Assembly: GCA_046727155.1 (NCBI GenBank)
Contig: JBKPCB010000014.1
Location: 22,695 to 86,694, forward strand
DNA length: 64,000 nucleotides
Direction of reading: 5' to 3'
Source: Candidatus Methylomirabilota bacterium
GTDB taxonomy: Bacteria > Methylomirabilota > Methylomirabilia > Rokubacteriales > CSP1-6
This document shows positions 27,106-35,740 of this stretch, piece after piece. A program made the translations under genes and the position numbers. Position 1 is the first letter of the stretch; each line of letters starts with the position of its first letter. The notes beneath the pieces were generated by a model. That model saw nothing but the letters and a program-made list of their open reading frames with translations, was not told the DNA's origin and made no database searches.

Positions 27106-28107
27106 CTAGCCGCTGACCGCGACGGCGCCGCTGCGGGGGGGCAGCGTCTTGCCGGCCGACTTGGCCATGTCCTCGAGCTCGCGGGGCAGGCCGAAGCGGA
27201 CGTCCTCTTCGACCACGTGCACCTCGCGCACGGCGGCCTGGCACATCCGGCCCAGCTCGTTGACGACTTCGGTGACCAGGAACTCAGGAGTCGAGGCGCC
27301 CGCCGTGACACCGACACGGCCGGCGTCCTCGAGCCACTCGGCCCGGATGTCGTTCTTGTCATTGATCAGGTAGGACGGCGTCCCCATCACCGTCGACACC
27401 TCGACCAGCCGGTTGGCATTGGAGCTATTGGCCGCACCGATGACCAGCAGCACGTCCACCTCGCCGGCGACGGTCTTCACCGCCGCCTGCCGGTTCTGGG
27501 TGGCGTAGCAGATGTCGTCTTTCGCCGGGCCCACGATCTTCGGGAAGCGGCGGCGGAGCGCCTCGACGCAGTCTCGCGTGTCGTCCACGCTGAGCGTCGT
27601 CTGGGTCAGGTACGCGACCTTGTCCGGATCGGCCACGTTCAGCCTGTCCACGTCCTCGGGATGGGCGATGAGGAACATCCGGTCCGGCGCCTCGCCCATG
27701 GTCCCGACCACCTCGTCGTGATCGGCATGGCCCACCAGGATGATGGAGTAGCCTTCACGGGCATACCGGATGGCTTCGAGATGCACTTTGGTCACGAGGG
27801 GGCAGGTGGCGTCGATGACGCGCAGCCCGCGCCGCAGCGCCTCGGCGCGCACCGCGGGGGATACGCCGTGGGCGCTGAAGATCACCGTGGCATTGTCCGG
27901 CGCCTCGTCGAGCTCGTCCACGAAGTGGGCGCCTTTGGCCCGCAGGGCTTCCACGACATGCCGGTTGTGAACGATCTCCCGGCGGACGTAGATCGGGTGC
28001 GGGCAGACCTGCAGGGCCAGCTCGACGATGTCAATGGCTCGGTCGACACCGGCGCAGAAGCCGCGCGGCCCGGCGAGGATAATCTGCTGCAGCGGCGTGG
28101 TGCTCAT
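27106..28107 (-). CDS. ispH: 4-hydroxy-3-methylbut-2-enyl diphosphate reductase
   Basis: LytB/IspH blocks (GFCAGVDRAI, three conserved Cys, TQTTLS, NSSNANRL). 333 aa. Confidence 0.9.
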   Translation of the reverse strand: MSTTPLQQIILAGPRGFCAGVDRAIDIVELALQVCPHPIYVRREIVHNRHVVEALRAKGAHFVDELDEAPDNATVIFSAHGVSPAVRAEALRRGLRVIDATCPLVTKVHLEAIRYAREGYSIILVGHADHDEVVGTMGEAPDRMFLIAHPEDVDRLNVADPDKVAYLTQTTLSVDDTRDCVEALRRRFPKIVGPAKDDICYATQNRQAAVKTVAGEVDVLLVIGAANSSNANRLVEVSTVMGTPSYLINDKNDIRAEWLEDAGRVGVTAGASTPEFLVTEVVNELGRMCQAAVREVHVVEEDVRFGLPRELEDMAKSAGKTLPPRSGAVAVSG

Positions 28108-28172
28108 TGGCTCCTCGATCCCTGTGAGGCGTTTCTGCCAGTATAACGGGCGGGGCCAGGCCCCTCAACCCG

Positions 28173-28784
28173 TCACTTGAAGTAGTAGATCAACCCGATG
28201 ACCCCCGAGTCGGAGTTGAAGCCCCGATTGGGGGTGGAAGTGCCGCCGTTTGAGATGTGCTGAAATCGGTAGCCGGCGCTGACCGCCATCTGCGGGGTCA
28301 CGAAGTAGGACAGTCCGGCGCCCGCCTCGAGGACAAAGGTGAACGCCGAGCGGATCTCCTTGACCTTCAGGTTCGTCCCGCCCGCCCCTGCCGTTGCCTC
28401 GATGTAGGGCGCCAAGGGACCGAAGCCGAGCACGTGATAGCGCAGGGCCAGCTTGAGCCCCTCGGCCGTGGCCGTGTCGGGCTCGAGATAATACTGGAAC
28501 CAGCCCTCCAGTCCGGTCTCGAGCGCGCCCTTGATCCAGCCCTTGCCGAACTGGTCGAAGGGAAAGTAGCCGAGGCGCGGCTCGACGTTGACGAAAGAGA
28601 CGCCGGAGATCGTCCGGTGGTTCTCGACATTGTTCTGCTCGCCGCCGCCCACCTGCAGGCCCAGCGCCCAGGTGCCCTTGGTGAGCACCGTCTCGGCGTC
28701 CACGGCCGCCGCCGCCATCGGCACGGCGCAGGCCAGAAGCAGCGCCCCCAGCGCGGCGCGGCTCAGCATGCAAGCTCGGGACAT
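28173..28784 (-). CDS. outer-membrane beta-barrel protein (PagL/OmpW-like small barrel)
   Basis: Signal peptide. Alternating amphipathic beta-strands. C-terminal aromatic (…IGLIYYFK). Confidence 0.6.
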   Translation of the reverse strand: MSRACMLSRAALGALLLACAVPMAAAAVDAETVLTKGTWALGLQVGGGEQNNVENHRTISGVSFVNVEPRLGYFPFDQFGKGWIKGALETGLEGWFQYYLEPDTATAEGLKLALRYHVLGFGPLAPYIEATAGAGGTNLKVKEIRSAFTFVLEAGAGLSYFVTPQMAVSAGYRFQHISNGGTSTPNRGFNSDSGVIGLIYYFK

Positions 28785-28794
28785 GTCGGCTCTC

Positions 28795-29826
28795 TCATCC
28801 TTGTGGATCGATGAACACCTTCAGTGCCTGCCCACGCTCCATCAGACCGAGAGCCTCGGGCACCTGCCGGAGGCCCATGCGGTGACTCAGCAGCCCGTCG
28901 GGTGCAACCGTGCCGGCTTCGAGCAGTTCCACAGCCCGCCGGATCAGCGCGGGAGTGTGATGGAAGGCTCCGAGCAACGTCAGCTCATCATAATGCGCCC
29001 GGCGCGTGTCTATCTGCACCGTTGTGCCGGGCGCACAGCCCCCAAAGAATACCACGGCCCCCCCTTTTCCCACGGCAGCCACGGCGCGCTCCCAAACCTC
29101 AGGGCGGCCTGTCGCGTCCACGGCCACATCCACCCCGCGGCCGACGGTAAGCCGCAGGATTTCTTGAGTTATATCCGGGAACTGCAGACTGTCGAGACAT
29201 TCCGCGAGGCCAAGCCGCCGGACCTGATCGAGCCGCCATCCGGCCTTGCCGACCAGGAAAACGCGGGCCCCGCGTTCAGCGGCCACCATCGCCAGCAGAC
29301 ATCCCTGCGGGCCGTGGCCAAACACGGCCACCGTCATGCCGCGCTCCACGCGGCCGCGCTCGATGCCCAGCAGGGCGCAGGCCAAGGGCTCGGCGCATGC
29401 CGCGCGCGCCGCCGGCAGCTGAGGCCCGATGGCCACCACGTTCTTCTCCACCAGCCGCGGGGGCAGCGCGATGAATTCGCCGTAGGCGCCGTTGACGAAG
29501 AGCAGATCCTCGCAGAGATTGGGCCGCCCCGCACGACAGAGCGGGCAGAGGCCGCATGGCGCCGAATTGGCGGCGGCCACGCGGTCGCCTTCCCGGAGCC
29601 CGTGGACGCCACGACCGACCGCCGACACCGTGCCGGCGAACTCATGGCCGAATACGGTGGGCAGGTGCGGGATCATCACCGGGTGGCCCCGGCGCAGCGT
29701 CTTGACGTCGGTGCCGCAGGTGAGCGCCGCCTCCACGCGGACGACGATCTCCCCTGCGCCGGGCTCGGGCGTCGGGATTTCTTCGAAGCGGAGATCGCCC
29801 GGGCCGTAGAAGACTTGCGCTTTCAC
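28795..29826 (-). CDS. zinc-dependent alcohol dehydrogenase, MDR family
   Basis: GHEFAG catalytic Zn site. Structural-Zn Cys cluster (CGLCPLCRAG). GxGxxG NAD motif (GHGPQG). Confidence 0.85.
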   Translation of the reverse strand: MKAQVFYGPGDLRFEEIPTPEPGAGEIVVRVEAALTCGTDVKTLRRGHPVMIPHLPTVFGHEFAGTVSAVGRGVHGLREGDRVAAANSAPCGLCPLCRAGRPNLCEDLLFVNGAYGEFIALPPRLVEKNVVAIGPQLPAARAACAEPLACALLGIERGRVERGMTVAVFGHGPQGCLLAMVAAERGARVFLVGKAGWRLDQVRRLGLAECLDSLQFPDITQEILRLTVGRGVDVAVDATGRPEVWERAVAAVGKGGAVVFFGGCAPGTTVQIDTRRAHYDELTLLGAFHHTPALIRRAVELLEAGTVAPDGLLSHRMGLRQVPEALGLMERGQALKVFIDPQG

Positions 29827-30833
29827 GGCTCGATATAGACCTTCACGGCTGCCTGGCGCCGCATGAGGGCGACGCCGTCGGCGAGCCGCCCAAGCGGCAG
29901 GCGGTGGCTGATGAGGCCGGCCACGCTGATCGCGCCGCTCGACAGCAGATCAAACGCCTCCGCCAGATCGGCCGGGGATGACGAATAAGTCGCGGTGATC
30001 GTGAGCTCGCGGTGGTAGAGCGTTTCCAGGGGGAGCGGTAGCGCGTCCCCGTCGCCGCCGGCGAAGTAATGGAGCGCGCCGCCATCCCTCACCCGCCCCG
30101 CCGCCCAGGCCAGGACCGCGGCGCCGCCGGCGGTGATGATGACGGCATCGGCGCCACGGCCGTCGGTTGCCCCGCCCAGCGCCGCGTCGAGCGCGGCCTC
30201 ATCGTCGGGAACCTCGGCACCCAAGCGTCGCCCCAGCTCGCGCCGCTCGGCCACAAGATCGCTGCCCAGGGCCCGCACGCCGCGGATTCGCAGCAACTGG
30301 AGGAAGAGACAGCCGATGGAGCCGAGCCCGACCACCAGCGCCGTGTCGCCCTCGCCGAGTCCGGTGCGGCGGATGGCGCGGAGGCAGCACGCCAGGGGCT
30401 CGGTGAACGAGGCGGCCTCGTCGGTTAGATGGTCGGGAATCAGGAAGGTCGCGTGCTCGACATTGGCGGCGGGCACCCGGCACAGCTCGGCGAAGCCGCC
30501 AGGATCGAGGTTGCTCTGCTTGAAGGCTCGGCACATGGAGGGGCTGCCGCGCCGGCAGTAGTGGCAGCGGAAGCAGGGCACGTGGTGGGCCGCGACCACC
30601 CGCTGGCCGAGCGCGAATCGGATGACGCCGGGCCCCACGCTGGCCACCTCGCCCACCACCTCGTGGCCGAAGACGGCCGGCAGAGACGCGGCGCCGCCCG
30701 AGAACTTGGCGATGTCCGATCCGCACAGACCGCAACCGCGAACCCGGATCACGAGCTCGCCCGCACCGGCCGTGGGCTCGGGCCAGTCGCGCAGCTCGAT
30801 CGCTCCCGGCCCCGAATAGACCGCTGCCTTCAA
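29823..30833 (-). CDS. zinc-dependent alcohol dehydrogenase, MDR family (second paralog)
   Basis: GHEVVG. CFRCHYCRRG structural Zn site. GLGSIG NAD motif. 4-nt overlap with the neighbour. Confidence 0.85.
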   Translation of the reverse strand: MKAAVYSGPGAIELRDWPEPTAGAGELVIRVRGCGLCGSDIAKFSGGAASLPAVFGHEVVGEVASVGPGVIRFALGQRVVAAHHVPCFRCHYCRRGSPSMCRAFKQSNLDPGGFAELCRVPAANVEHATFLIPDHLTDEAASFTEPLACCLRAIRRTGLGEGDTALVVGLGSIGCLFLQLLRIRGVRALGSDLVAERRELGRRLGAEVPDDEAALDAALGGATDGRGADAVIITAGGAAVLAWAAGRVRDGGALHYFAGGDGDALPLPLETLYHRELTITATYSSSPADLAEAFDLLSSGAISVAGLISHRLPLGRLADGVALMRRQAAVKVYIEP

Positions 30834-31699
30834 GGCCGCGCTTTGGCCGCCTGCCGCTCGCCCCAGCGCGCCTTGACCCAGCAGCGGAGCGCGATGGCGA
30901 CTTTACGGTGCGCCGGCAGGGCAACGCGCTCGCCGAAGACCTGGAACCGGCGCTTTTCCATGGCCCGCAGGAGCGCGAAGTATGTCTGCCCCATGATCTC
31001 GGCGGCGAACAGGCGGGGCCGGTCGCCGGTCGGCAGCGCGGCCCAGGCGCGGCCGTAGTATTCGCGCGCCCGCGCCGCTTCGAAGCCCATGAGCGCCGCG
31101 AACTCGGGCGTGTACCGGCCCGCGGCCAGATCCTCGGCGGTGACGCCGAAGCGGCGCAGGTCCTCCTGGGGCAAATAGACGCGGCCCGCGCGCGCGTCGG
31201 CCTGGACGTCGCGCAGGATATTCGTCAGCTGCAGCGCGATGCCGAGGTTGACGGCGTACTCGCGGGCGCGCGGATCGAAGTAACCGAAGATCTCGATGCA
31301 GCACAAACCCACCGCGGATGCCACGCGGTAGCAGTACGGATAGAGGGTCTCGAAGGTCTCGTAGGCGGCGTGGTCGAGGTCCATCTCGACCCCGGCGATG
31401 ATCTCTTCGAGCGCCGCGCGGGGGATGGGAAAGAGACGCAGGGCCTGTTGCAGCCGCTGCGCGGCAGGATGCTCCGGGACACCGCCGTACACCCGCGCAA
31501 TCTCGTCGCGCCAGCGGGCCAGCTCGCGGCGCTGGGCATCGCGATCCTGGCCCAGGTCCACGGCGTCATCGACGATGCGGCAGAACGCATAGACGGCATA
31601 GATCGCCTCGCGCTGGGGCCGGGGCAGGCAGAGAAAAGCGTAGAAGAAATTCGAGCGGCTCCGCCGCGTGAGCCGCGAAACGAATTGTCCCGCGTTCAT
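30830..31699 (-). CDS. squalene/phytoene synthase family enzyme (HpnC/HpnD-type presqualene diphosphate or hydroxysqualene synthase)
   Basis: Trans-isoprenyl diphosphate synthase head-to-head motifs (FCRIVDDAVD and YCYRVASAVG…DVQAD). 289 aa from an internal ATG at 31699. The upstream extension overlaps hpnA out of frame. Confidence 0.8.
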   Translation of the reverse strand: MNAGQFVSRLTRRSRSNFFYAFLCLPRPQREAIYAVYAFCRIVDDAVDLGQDRDAQRRELARWRDEIARVYGGVPEHPAAQRLQQALRLFPIPRAALEEIIAGVEMDLDHAAYETFETLYPYCYRVASAVGLCCIEIFGYFDPRAREYAVNLGIALQLTNILRDVQADARAGRVYLPQEDLRRFGVTAEDLAAGRYTPEFAALMGFEAARAREYYGRAWAALPTGDRPRLFAAEIMGQTYFALLRAMEKRRFQVFGERVALPAHRKVAIALRCWVKARWGERQAAKARP

Positions 31700-32712
31700 G
31701 CTGCCCGGCTTGGCGAACGGGCCGGGCGCGGCGCATAACCGCGCTCGACGAACCACGCCACGGCCTCTTCGAGCGCCTGCTCGACGGGCGTCTGAGGCAG
31801 CCCCAGCTCGGTCACGGCCTTGGCCGCGCTGAAGTACATGCGCTTGCGCGCCATGCGCACCGCGGTGAGCGGCACCTGCGGGGGCCGACCGGTGATCCGG
31901 GCGACGCCCTCCATGCCCGCCGCCGCGAGCCAGGCGACCGAATACGGGACGCGCAGGCGCGGCGCGCGGATGCCCGTCAGCGCGGCCAGCATGCCGAAGA
32001 TTTCGAGCAGCGAGAGGTTCCGGTTGCCCAGGATATAGCGCTCGCCCACACGACCGCGCTCGGCGGCCAGAATGTGTCCGCGGGCTACGTCGCGCACGTG
32101 CACGATATTGAGTCCCGTGTCGACCGAGGCGAACATTTTGCCTTTGAGAAAGTCCACGATCATCTGTCCCGTGGGTGTGGGCTTGATGTCCCACGGCCCG
32201 ATGGGAGCGGAAGGATTGACCGTGACGATGGGCGCCCCGCGCGCCGCCAGCTCGTCGGCCGCGCGCTCGGCCAGGAATTTCGAGGCCTTGTAAGCCCCGA
32301 TCATGTCGGCGAGGGACACCGGCGTGCGCTCGTCCCCCGGCGTGCCGTCCTTGGGAATGCCGGCGGCGCCGACGGTGGAGGTGTAGACGATGCGCTCGGC
32401 GCCGGCCTCGGCGGCCGCGGCCAGAACGGTCCGCGTGCCGTCCACGTTGGCGCGGTAGAGCACGGCGGGGTCGCGGGCCCAGAGCCGGTAGTCGGCCGCC
32501 ACGTGATAGACGCGGCGCGCGCCGGTGACCGCGACGCGGATCGAGGCGGCATCGAGCAGATTACCCTCGACGATTTCGACGCGGCAGCCCGCCAGTGCGC
32601 GGCGGTCGCCGCCCGGGCGGGCGAGCACGCGCACAGCATGGCCGTCGGCGAGCAGCTCGCGAACGAGGTTGGCGCCGACGAAGCCGGTCCCGCCGGTCAC
32701 GAGCACGTCCAC
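31696..32712 (-). CDS. hpnA: hopanoid-associated NAD-dependent sugar epimerase/dehydratase
   Basis: VLVTGGTGFVGANLV Rossmann motif. YxxxK (YKASK). Located between hpnG and the squalene-synthase-family gene. GTG start 9 nt after the hpnG stop. Confidence 0.75.
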   Translation of the reverse strand: MDVLVTGGTGFVGANLVRELLADGHAVRVLARPGGDRRALAGCRVEIVEGNLLDAASIRVAVTGARRVYHVAADYRLWARDPAVLYRANVDGTRTVLAAAAEAGAERIVYTSTVGAAGIPKDGTPGDERTPVSLADMIGAYKASKFLAERAADELAARGAPIVTVNPSAPIGPWDIKPTPTGQMIVDFLKGKMFASVDTGLNIVHVRDVARGHILAAERGRVGERYILGNRNLSLLEIFGMLAALTGIRAPRLRVPYSVAWLAAAGMEGVARITGRPPQVPLTAVRMARKRMYFSAAKAVTELGLPQTPVEQALEEAVAWFVERGYAPRPARSPSRAA

Positions 32713-32720
32713 GGCCGAGT

Positions 32721-33440
32721 CTAGCCGATGAAGACGGCGAGAAGGGCCGCGACGGCTCGAAGCGCCTTGCGCGTGCTGTGATTGAGAGCAAGCGCGCGCG
32801 GCAGGACGGTCGGCCGGGAAGCCATCAGCGCCAGCGCGCGACCCGAGCGCAGCTTTCCCTCGGCGGTCACGAGGCCGACCAGCTCGGGCGGGAGGCTCTG
32901 GTTGGCGCCGTCCGACACGCCCCGGATGACCAGCGAAGGACAACCGGCGGCGGCGGCGCGCGCCAGGATCAGGGCGGACTCCATATCCGCCGCGAGCGCG
33001 CCGGTATGGGTGTGCAGCTCGGCCTTGGCCTCCGGCGTGCCGACGACGTCACGCGTGGTGACGAGCACGCCGGTCCGCGCGGCGGCGCGCACCCGCGCCG
33101 TGGCGGCCCCCAGCGCGCGGCGATGCTGAGACGGGGTGACATTGTAGAGCTCGCCGGTGGGCGCCAGCACGCTCTCGGGGATGACGAGATCACCGGGGCG
33201 GAGTCGGAGGTCGAGGGCGCCGCAGACCCCGGCCGAGACGATCACGGGTCGCTTGACGGCGTCGATGAGACGGGGCCAGCGGGCGTCGAGCAGGCCAGCG
33301 CGGAGCCCGACCGGCGCGACCAGGACGCCGTCCCGGCCGAACGCCAGGAACGGCAGGGACGGTAGGATGGGGAACTCGAGCTCGCGGGCCAGCGCGCGAG
33401 CTTCGAGCTCAACCCCGGTGAGGATCAGAATTCCGCTCAC
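32721..33440 (-). CDS. hpnG: hopanoid-associated phosphorylase/nucleosidase (PNP_UDP_1 family)
   Basis: MTA/SAH-nucleosidase-like fold blocks (GVCGAL, GVSDGANQ). Adjacent to hpnH. Confidence 0.75.
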   Translation of the reverse strand: MSGILILTGVELEARALARELEFPILPSLPFLAFGRDGVLVAPVGLRAGLLDARWPRLIDAVKRPVIVSAGVCGALDLRLRPGDLVIPESVLAPTGELYNVTPSQHRRALGAATARVRAAARTGVLVTTRDVVGTPEAKAELHTHTGALAADMESALILARAAAAGCPSLVIRGVSDGANQSLPPELVGLVTAEGKLRSGRALALMASRPTVLPRALALNHSTRKALRAVAALLAVFIG

Positions 33441-33777
33441 TCCGCTCCACGCCGGACCCCGGGGCCCGCTCGGCTTTCTCCCGCTCCCGGCGCTCCACCC
33501 AGGCCTTCCAGCTATTGCCGGCGGCGGTGTCCTTGCCGGTGAATTTGATGGTCGCGATCTCGGCGTAGGGGATGGTGATGGGCCCTTCGCCCGTCTCGTC
33601 GAACATCTGGATGAACGGCCGGGGCGCCATCGCGTTGCGGTTGAAGATGTAGCCGACGATCTCGCCGCCGTCGGTTTTGACCACGGTGGTATTGCCGCGG
33701 TAATCGAACGCGAACTCGACGACCTCGGCGAGGCTCAGATAACTGCCGATCTCCGGCACCCAGCCTTCTAACGTCAT
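33409..33777 (-). CDS. hypothetical small soluble protein (122 aa) between hpnH and hpnG
   Basis: Well-formed ORF (TLEGWVPEIGSYLSLAEVVEFAFDYRGNTTVVKTDGGEIVGYIFNRN…). Its C-terminus overlaps the hpnG start by 32 nt. No family recognised. Confidence 0.4.
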   Translation of the reverse strand: MTLEGWVPEIGSYLSLAEVVEFAFDYRGNTTVVKTDGGEIVGYIFNRNAMAPRPFIQMFDETGEGPITIPYAEIATIKFTGKDTAAGNSWKAWVERREREKAERAPGSGVERSERNSDPHRG

Positions 33778-33805
33778 CTCTCGGAATGCTCCTGCTGACC
33801 CGGTT

Positions 33806-34822
33806 CTAGAGCTTGCCGGTGAGGGTGGCGGCCACCGTCTCGCCGAAAGCCCTCAGCGAGCCGAAGGTTTCGTCCACCGCCGTCGCTTCGTACCCGCAGT
33901 GGACCATGCAGTCTTGACACTTCTCGTTGCCGCTCTTGCGCCCGTACTGCTCCCAGGGCGTGGTCTCCATCAGCTCCTGGAAGCTTTCGGCGTAGCCTTC
34001 CTGGAGCAGATAGCAGGGCCGCTGCCAGCCGAACATGTTGTACGTCGGGTTGCCCCACGGCGTGCACTCGTAGTCCTTCTTCCCCATCAGAAAGCGCAGG
34101 AAGAGCGGTGACTGATTGAACTTCCACCGCCGCCTGGGATTCGAGAGCATGTCGCTGAAGAGCTGGTTGGTCTTCGCTCGCCGCAAGAAATGCTCCTGAT
34201 CGGGCGCCTTCGAGTAGCTGTAGCCCGGCGAGAGCATCATCCCCTCGACGCCGAGGCTCATCATCTCGTCGAAGAACTCCCTCATGCGCAGGGGCGAAGC
34301 CCCGTCGAACAGCGTCGTGTTGGTCGTCACGCGGAAACCGCGCGCCAGCGCCGCCTTGATGCCGTCGACGGCTTGGTCGTACACCCCCTCGCGGCACACC
34401 GCCTCGTCGTGCTCCTCGCGCAGGCCGTCCATGTGAATGCTGAAGGAGAGATACTTCGACGGCGTGAAGAGAGCCAGCTTTTCCTTGAGCAGGATCGCGT
34501 TGGTGCAGAGGTAGATGTACTTCTTCCGCTTCACCAGCCGTCCCACCAGCTCGGCAATGTCCGGGTACATGAGCGGCTCGCCGCCCGGGATGCTCACCAC
34601 GGGCGCGCCGCATTCGTCCACCGCCTTGAGGCACTGCTCCACCGTCAGGTGCTTCTTGAGGATCTGAGCCGGGTACTGGATCTTGCCGCAGCCGGCGCAG
34701 GCCAGGTTGCAGCGGAAGAGCGGCTCCAGCATGAGCACGAGGGGGTAGCGCTTCCGGCCGGCCAGCTTCTGCCGGATCACGTATGACGCCACCGTGTACA
34801 TCTGCGACACTGGCACGCTCAT
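33806..34822 (-). CDS. hpnH: adenosyl-hopene transferase, radical SAM
   Basis: CxxxCxxC radical-SAM cluster (CNLACAGCGK). Conserved HpnH C-terminal Cys-rich region. Confidence 0.85.
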   Translation of the reverse strand: MSVPVSQMYTVASYVIRQKLAGRKRYPLVLMLEPLFRCNLACAGCGKIQYPAQILKKHLTVEQCLKAVDECGAPVVSIPGGEPLMYPDIAELVGRLVKRKKYIYLCTNAILLKEKLALFTPSKYLSFSIHMDGLREEHDEAVCREGVYDQAVDGIKAALARGFRVTTNTTLFDGASPLRMREFFDEMMSLGVEGMMLSPGYSYSKAPDQEHFLRRAKTNQLFSDMLSNPRRRWKFNQSPLFLRFLMGKKDYECTPWGNPTYNMFGWQRPCYLLQEGYAESFQELMETTPWEQYGRKSGNEKCQDCMVHCGYEATAVDETFGSLRAFGETVAATLTGKL

Positions 34823-34854
34823 CTTCTCTCCACTCCTCTATCGTGTGCTGGCCC

Positions 34855-35616
34855 CTAGGGCCGGGGCGACGGCGGCAGCCGGGCGCTGGATTCCGCAGAC
34901 GCCATGCTGCCCTTTAACCCGTACCATACCAAAAAACCAATGACATGCACGAGTATTCCGGCTCCGGTCAAGACCCACTCCCCAATCCACATCGTAATAA
35001 GAAGATTGAAGAGCAGTACCCCATAGTAGAGGCCGATTCCAGGGCCCGGGGTGGCCGCGGCGCCCCGGGTCACCGCGACATATCCGCCCACGATGGCCCA
35101 CCCGACCAGAGCCCAACCCGCGAAGTTGGACAGCGGAACACCGAAATAGATGCCGCCGGCGGGGTAGAAGAAGATTTCCCCGAGGAACCAGCGAGCCCCG
35201 CGCACCGCCAGTGGATCGATGACAATGTCCAGGAGCATCATCAAGACGCCCGCCAGCAAGACGACACGGGCGCCTCGCGCGGCGCCGAGCGCACGCCGGG
35301 CCAGACAGTAGGAGGCATACGCCAGAAACGGAAACGATAGCGAATCGAAGAACGGAACATTCGCCAGGAAGAGCTCACGGCCCCGGGTGGCGTCGGTATA
35401 GTGATAGAGCCCGAAGGGCAACCCCACGCGGGTGGAAGCGTATTCGCTCGCGAAGGCCACGAGCCAGCCCCAAAGCAGGAATCCCAGCGCCCGCCCCGGT
35501 CCCAGATCGCGGGAGCCGAACGCGAGGAACGCGACGAGAAAGACAAACACGTACGGCCGGAGGAGCAGGGTGCCCCAGAGCAGCGAGAGGAAAGTGGGCA
35601 GGTCGGTCACCGGCAA
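34855..35616 (-). CDS. polytopic membrane protein, possibly carotenoid-biosynthesis-protein (DUF422-like) family
   Basis: Seven hydrophobic segments. Divergently oriented to shc. Family assignment by resemblance only. Confidence 0.5.
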   Translation of the reverse strand: MPVTDLPTFLSLLWGTLLLRPYVFVFLVAFLAFGSRDLGPGRALGFLLWGWLVAFASEYASTRVGLPFGLYHYTDATRGRELFLANVPFFDSLSFPFLAYASYCLARRALGAARGARVVLLAGVLMMLLDIVIDPLAVRGARWFLGEIFFYPAGGIYFGVPLSNFAGWALVGWAIVGGYVAVTRGAAATPGPGIGLYYGVLLFNLLITMWIGEWVLTGAGILVHVIGFLVWYGLKGSMASAESSARLPPSPRP

Positions 35617-35697
35617 GGATACTCGGTCATCGAGACGCCACGTTACTCAAGTCCGTCCGTATTTTCAACAACCTGGCTCGCATCCGCCCCGCGCTAT

Positions 35698-35710
35698 GCT
35701 AGTATCTAGC
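35698..35710 (+). promoter_or_regulatory. palindrome GCTAG-TAT-CTAGC in the divergent shc promoter region
   Basis: Perfect 5-bp inverted arms 30 nt upstream of the shc start, within an AT-richer stretch. Confidence 0.3.
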
Positions 35711-35740
35711 GATGTTTTCGGCCAGGCTCGATTCACGCGC

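Noticed and set aside
30830-32943. N-terminal extensions of the squalene-synthase-family (454 aa) and hpnA (415 aa) ORFs
   Set aside because: The extensions are low-complexity and overlap the neighbouring genes out of frame. Internal starts at 31699 and 32712 give family-typical lengths and stop/start junctions.
35432-35740. N-terminal 100-aa extension of the shc ORF
   Set aside because: It is Arg/Ser/Pro-rich and overlaps the divergent membrane-protein gene. SHC homologs start near MTPSTVVHVAVDTAIERAQ.
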